Source of the DNA: Hemiscyllium ocellatum | Taxonomy: Eukaryota | DNA: 64,000 nt | Assembly (NCBI RefSeq): GCF_020745735.1 | Contig: NC_083421.1 | Coordinates: 57,713,001-57,777,000, forward strand | Direction: 5' to 3' | In this document: positions 60,270-64,000 of the stretch, one piece after another | How the letters are laid out: each line of letters opens with the position of its first letter | Position numbering within the stretch: the first letter of the stretch is position 1 | The notes under the pieces: model-generated | The model's input: the letters and a program-made list of their open reading frames with translations, nothing else | Database searches by the model: none | Told to the model about the DNA's origin: nothing | Translations under genes and position numbers: made by a program

Positions 60270-61883
60270 AGAATGGATGCCCTGGAAATATGCAGGGAAG
60301 AGGTTTTGGGAATATTGGAAAGGATGAATATAGATAAGTCTCCTGGGCCTGATGGCATTTACCCCAGGATCCTATGGGAAGCTAGGGAGGAGATAGCAGA
60401 GCCATTGGCCTGGATTTTTATGTCGTCGTTGTCAACGGGAATAGTACCAGAGGACTGGAGGATAGCGAATGTGGTCCCATTGTTCAAGAAAGGGAGTAGG
60501 GATAGCCCTAGTAACTATAGGCCAGTGAGTCTGACTTCAGTGGTGGGCAAAGTCTTAGAGAGAATGGTAAGGGATAAGATTTATGAACATCTGGGTAGGA
60601 ATAACGTGATCAGGGATAGCCAGCATGGTTTTGTGAAGGGCAGGTCGTGCCTCACAAACCTTATTGAGTTCTTTGAGAAGGTGACTAAGGAAGTGGATGA
60701 GGGTAAAGCAGTAGATGTTGTGTATATGGATTTTAGTAAGGCGTTCGATAAGGTTCCCCATGGTAGGCTAATGCTAAAACTTCGGAGGTATGGCATTGAG
60801 GATACATTAGAGGTTTGGATTAGGAATTGGCTGGCTGGAAGGAGACAGAGGGTAGTAGTTGATGGATTATGTTCATCTTGGAGCGCAGTTACTAGCGGTG
60901 TACCACAAGGATCTGTTTTGGGACCATTGCTTTTTGTTATCTTTATAAATGATCTAGAGGAAGGACTTGAAAGCTGGGTAAGCAAGTTTGCGGATGACAC
61001 AAAAGTCGGTGGAGTTGTGGATAGTGAGGAAGGAAGTGGTAGGTTACAGCGGGATATAGATAAGTTGCAGAGCTGGGCGGAAATGTGGCAAATGGAATTC
61101 AATGTAGCTAAGTGCGAAGTCGTTCACTTTGGTAGGAATAACAAGATGATGGATTACTGGGCTAATGGTAGGCTACTTGGTAGTGTGGATGAGCAGAGGG
61201 ATCTTGGTGTCCATGTGCACAGATCTCTGAAAGTTGCCACCCAGGTAAATAGTGCTGTGAGGAAGGCATATGGTGTACTGGGCTTTATTGGCAGAGGAAT
61301 TGAGTTCCGGAGTCCTGAGGTCATGTTGCAGTTGTATAAGACTCTGGTGCGGCCTCATCTGGAGTATTGTGTGCAGTTTTGGTCGCCATACTATAGGAAG
61401 GATGTGGAAGCTTTAGAACGAGTGCAGAGGAGGTTTACCAGGATGTTGCCTGGAATGGTAGGAAAATCTTATGAGGAAAGGCTGAGGCACTTGGGGCTGT
61501 TCTCATTGGAGAAGAGAAGGTTTAGGGGAGATCTGATAGAAGTGTATAAGATGATTAGGGGTTTAGATAGGGTAGATACTAAGAACCTTTTACCGCTAAT
61601 GGAGTCAGGTGTTACTAGGGGACATAGCTTTAAATTAAGGGGTGGTAGGTATAGGACAGATGTTAGGGGTAGATTCTTCACACAGCGGGTTGTGAGTTCA
61701 TGGAATGCCCTGCCCGTATCAGTGGTGAACTCTCCTTCTTTATGGTCATTTAAGCGGGCATTGGATAGGCATTTGGAAGTTATTGGGCTAGTATAGGTTA
61801 GGTAGGATTCGGTCGGCGCAACATCGAGGGCCGAAGGGCCTGTACTGCGCTGTATCCTTCTATGTTCTATGTTCTATGTTCTA
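60270..61883 (+). mobile_element. Young 5'-truncated CR1-clade LINE (HER1-like)
   Basis: Open RT frame followed by a 3' UTR with the GGGCCGAAGGGCCTGT stem-loop and a (TTCTATG)n tail. Confidence 0.95.
60273..61796 (+). CDS. CR1 ORF2 reverse transcriptase domain and C-terminus (endonuclease absent)
   Basis: Motifs KSPGPDG, VPEDWRIANVVPLFKKG, NYRPVSLTS, QHGF, DFSKAFD, GVPQGSVLGP, FADDT, LVRPHLEYC, WNALP. No internal stop. Confidence 0.9.
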   Translation: MDALEICREEVLGILERMNIDKSPGPDGIYPRILWEAREEIAEPLAWIFMSSLSTGIVPEDWRIANVVPLFKKGSRDSPSNYRPVSLTSVVGKVLERMVRDKIYEHLGRNNVIRDSQHGFVKGRSCLTNLIEFFEKVTKEVDEGKAVDVVYMDFSKAFDKVPHGRLMLKLRRYGIEDTLEVWIRNWLAGRRQRVVVDGLCSSWSAVTSGVPQGSVLGPLLFVIFINDLEEGLESWVSKFADDTKVGGVVDSEEGSGRLQRDIDKLQSWAEMWQMEFNVAKCEVVHFGRNNKMMDYWANGRLLGSVDEQRDLGVHVHRSLKVATQVNSAVRKAYGVLGFIGRGIEFRSPEVMLQLYKTLVRPHLEYCVQFWSPYYRKDVEALERVQRRFTRMLPGMVGKSYEERLRHLGLFSLEKRRFRGDLIEVYKMIRGLDRVDTKNLLPLMESGVTRGHSFKLRGGRYRTDVRGRFFTQRVVSSWNALPVSVVNSPSLWSFKRALDRHLEVIGLV

Positions 61884-61949
61884 ACAGGTGACTGTGGCAT
61901 TCCAAACTACAAATTACAGGTTGGATGCAAGTTAGAATACATTACTATT

Positions 61950-62500
61950 TTTTATTCACTAATGGAATGTGGGCCCAGTATTTATTACCCGTCCCTAGTT
62001 ACCCCTTGAGAAGGTGGGGGTGAGCTGCCTTCTTGAACCGCTGCAGTGCACGTGATGGGGCTGACCCACAATGCCATTAGGGAGGGAATTCCATGATTTT
62101 AACAGTGAAGGAACGGGGATATATTTCCAAGTCAGGATGGTGAGTGGCTTGGAGGGGAAATTGTGGGTGGTGGCGCTCCCATCTATCAGCTGCCCCTGTC
62201 CTCCTAGATGGAACCAGTCATGTGTATGGATGGTGGTGTCTGTGGATCTTTGAATTTCTGCAGTGCATCTTGTAGACAGTGCACACTGCTGCTCCTGAGC
62301 ATCGGTGGTGGAGGGAGGGGATACTTGTGAATGCGGTGCCAATCAAGCAGGCTGCTTTGTCCTGGAGGGTTCTTGAGTGTAGTTAGAGCTGCACTCATCC
62401 AGGAAAGTTGGGAATATTCCATCACACTCCTGACTTGTGCCTTGCAGATAATGGGGGACGGGAGAGGAATTACATGTTGCCGGATTCTTAGCTTTTGACC
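61950..62500 (-). mobile_element. Old CR1/L2-group LINE 3' end
   Basis: The - strand includes KSWNSLPNGIVG. Related pieces at about 36180-36530, 37315-37945 and 53260-53460. Confidence 0.6.
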
Positions 62501-63101
62501 ACTTGGAGTACGAGGTCTTGTGGTGAAGTGGTCATGTCCTTATCTTTGGGCCAGTAGATCTGAGTTTAAGTCACACCCCTGCCCTTGATGTGTCTCGCAG
62601 CACATCTGACAGTTTGGTTAAAACATACTTTTTATCATTTGAGTTATTGTGCAGAGGGAGGCAGTTTTGTGCCATTTCTCAACTCGTCAGCAAACACAGT
62701 GAGAACAGTGGCAGGTTGTTGCTTTGGGAGATGAAGTAGAAGTTCGAATGTAAGGTCTGATTAGATACTTACGATGATGAGTCTTTGAAATCCTCAGCAG
62801 AACTCATGTTCTTTAAACCATCCTTCAAAGTAGGAACATGTTTACATCAAATCCCACAACACACTCTCCACCATTAATAATACACAAAATCAAAACGTTA
62901 ACTCAAATCACATCCAACTGCCTTGAAGTTCAGGTGATGCCTGTATCTGTCGGGATACTGAATCAATCAGCTCTGAAGAATTGTTTGTGCCTTTAATATG
63001 AATTAAGTGCAGTTCTAGGGTGGCAGGATATCATGCAGAAAGCTTGAAGAGTGGCTGAACGTAATAATTCATGAAGTGGATGACAAAGGGCACCTCCACA
63101 T

Positions 63102-63420
63102 TCATAGAATCCCTACAGTGTGGAAACAGGCATTTGGCCCAACAAGTCCACACCAACCCTCCGAAGAATAACCCACCCAGACCCATTCCCCTCCCTTATC
63201 ACTCTACATTTTCCCCTGACTAATGCACCTGCCCTGAACACTATGGGCAATTTAGCATGGCCATTTTACCTAACCTGTAGGTCTTTGGGCTGTGGGAGGA
63301 AACCCACACAAACACGGGGAGAACGTGCAAACTCCATACAGACAGTCCTGTGAGGGGGGAATTGAACCCAGGTCACTGGCACTGTGGGGTAGCAGTGCTA
63401 ACCACTGAGCTACCATGCCA
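63102..63420 (-). mobile_element. HE1-type V-SINE
   Basis: Head, V-domain and tail in reverse. Confidence 0.85.
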
Positions 63421-63855
63421 TGACTGCCATATGCTTTTTTGTAACTCAGAAAGGAATTGATTGCCTACCAGAGAGGAGGGGGGGAATTGCTGGGCTATGT
63501 GAAAAATGCAGTGGTGGGTGTTTTGGGGCTAACTAGTTAGCTCCTTCAAATAGCAAATACATTTCCCCAAATGACCAATTCCTATGCCGTAAGATTCTAC
63601 ATTTCAAGTGTATAGCTTGAAATATATTTCACTTTTCACGTTAGTTTCTCTCATCAGTTTTCAATACACATACCAACATATGAATTAAGAGCAGGAGTAG
63701 GCCATTCAGCCCCTTGCATCTGCTGTACTATTCATTAAGGTCATAGCTGATCTGACTGTGACCCCCACTTCCCTGCCTGCTCACCTTCTCCGTGTCCATG
63801 GTCAATTGGTATCAATTATCTTGCTATGACCTGATGTCAGAAACAAACCAGGTAT

Positions 63856-64000
63856 GATTAGATTACTCACAGTGTGGAAACAGGCCCTTCGGCCCAACAA
63901 GTCCACACCGACCCGCTGAAGCGCATCCCCCCCATACCCCTACATTTACCCCTTCGCCTAACACTATGGGCAATTTAGCATGGCCAATCCACCCTAACCT
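63856..64000 (-). mobile_element. HE1-type V-SINE 3' part (cut by the window end)
   Basis: GATTAGATTAC..CAGTGTGGAAACAGGCCCTTCGGCCC tail. Confidence 0.85.

Noticed and set aside
60581-61102. 173-aa antisense ORF
   Set aside because: Shadow frame of the CR1 RT coding strand.
14044-63420. tRNA genes
   Set aside because: The A/B-box heads continue into SINE bodies and no complete cloverleaf is seen.
30155-64000. KCNT1 exon 3 ([20 protein letters not shown]) and Slack-B first exons
   Set aside because: Not found by eye or in the ORF track. They probably lie beyond the window, though a short diverged exon could have been missed.

Overview
Repeat-rich vertebrate genomic DNA from a cartilaginous fish, most likely a shark (inferred from many HE1-type V-SINEs with their partner CR1/HER1 LINEs and DeuSINE-like elements). 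The only host gene I can support is the 5' end of the Na+-activated K+ channel KCNT1 (Slack/Slo2.2, Slack-A-type N-terminus) on the + strand. Coding exon 1 is at 4027-4097 in a CpG island and exon 2 is at 29993-30154 in a second CpG island, joined in frame across a 25.9-kb phase-2 intron. I found no exon 3 in the window. The rest is intronic or upstream DNA holding SINEs, CR1 fragments (one young copy with an uninterrupted RT frame at 60273-61796), Rex1/Babar pieces, probable solo LTRs and a VNTR-containing composite element. The most striking pattern is at least four sequence-distinct families of short, mostly TSD-flanked palindromic or single-arm insertions. For three families the arms are, or closely resemble, 3' termini (pLTRs) of Penelope-like retroelements whose GIY-YIG-coding remnants also lie in the window. 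Each family is built around a minimal type-I hammerhead ribozyme motif (CUGANGA-N-stemII-GAAA-CGUC, or -GCUA), and the self-complementary helix-III tetramer differs between families (ACGU vs AGCU). All family names come from recognising motifs by eye, not from database searches, and repeat boundaries are approximate unless a TSD is cited.
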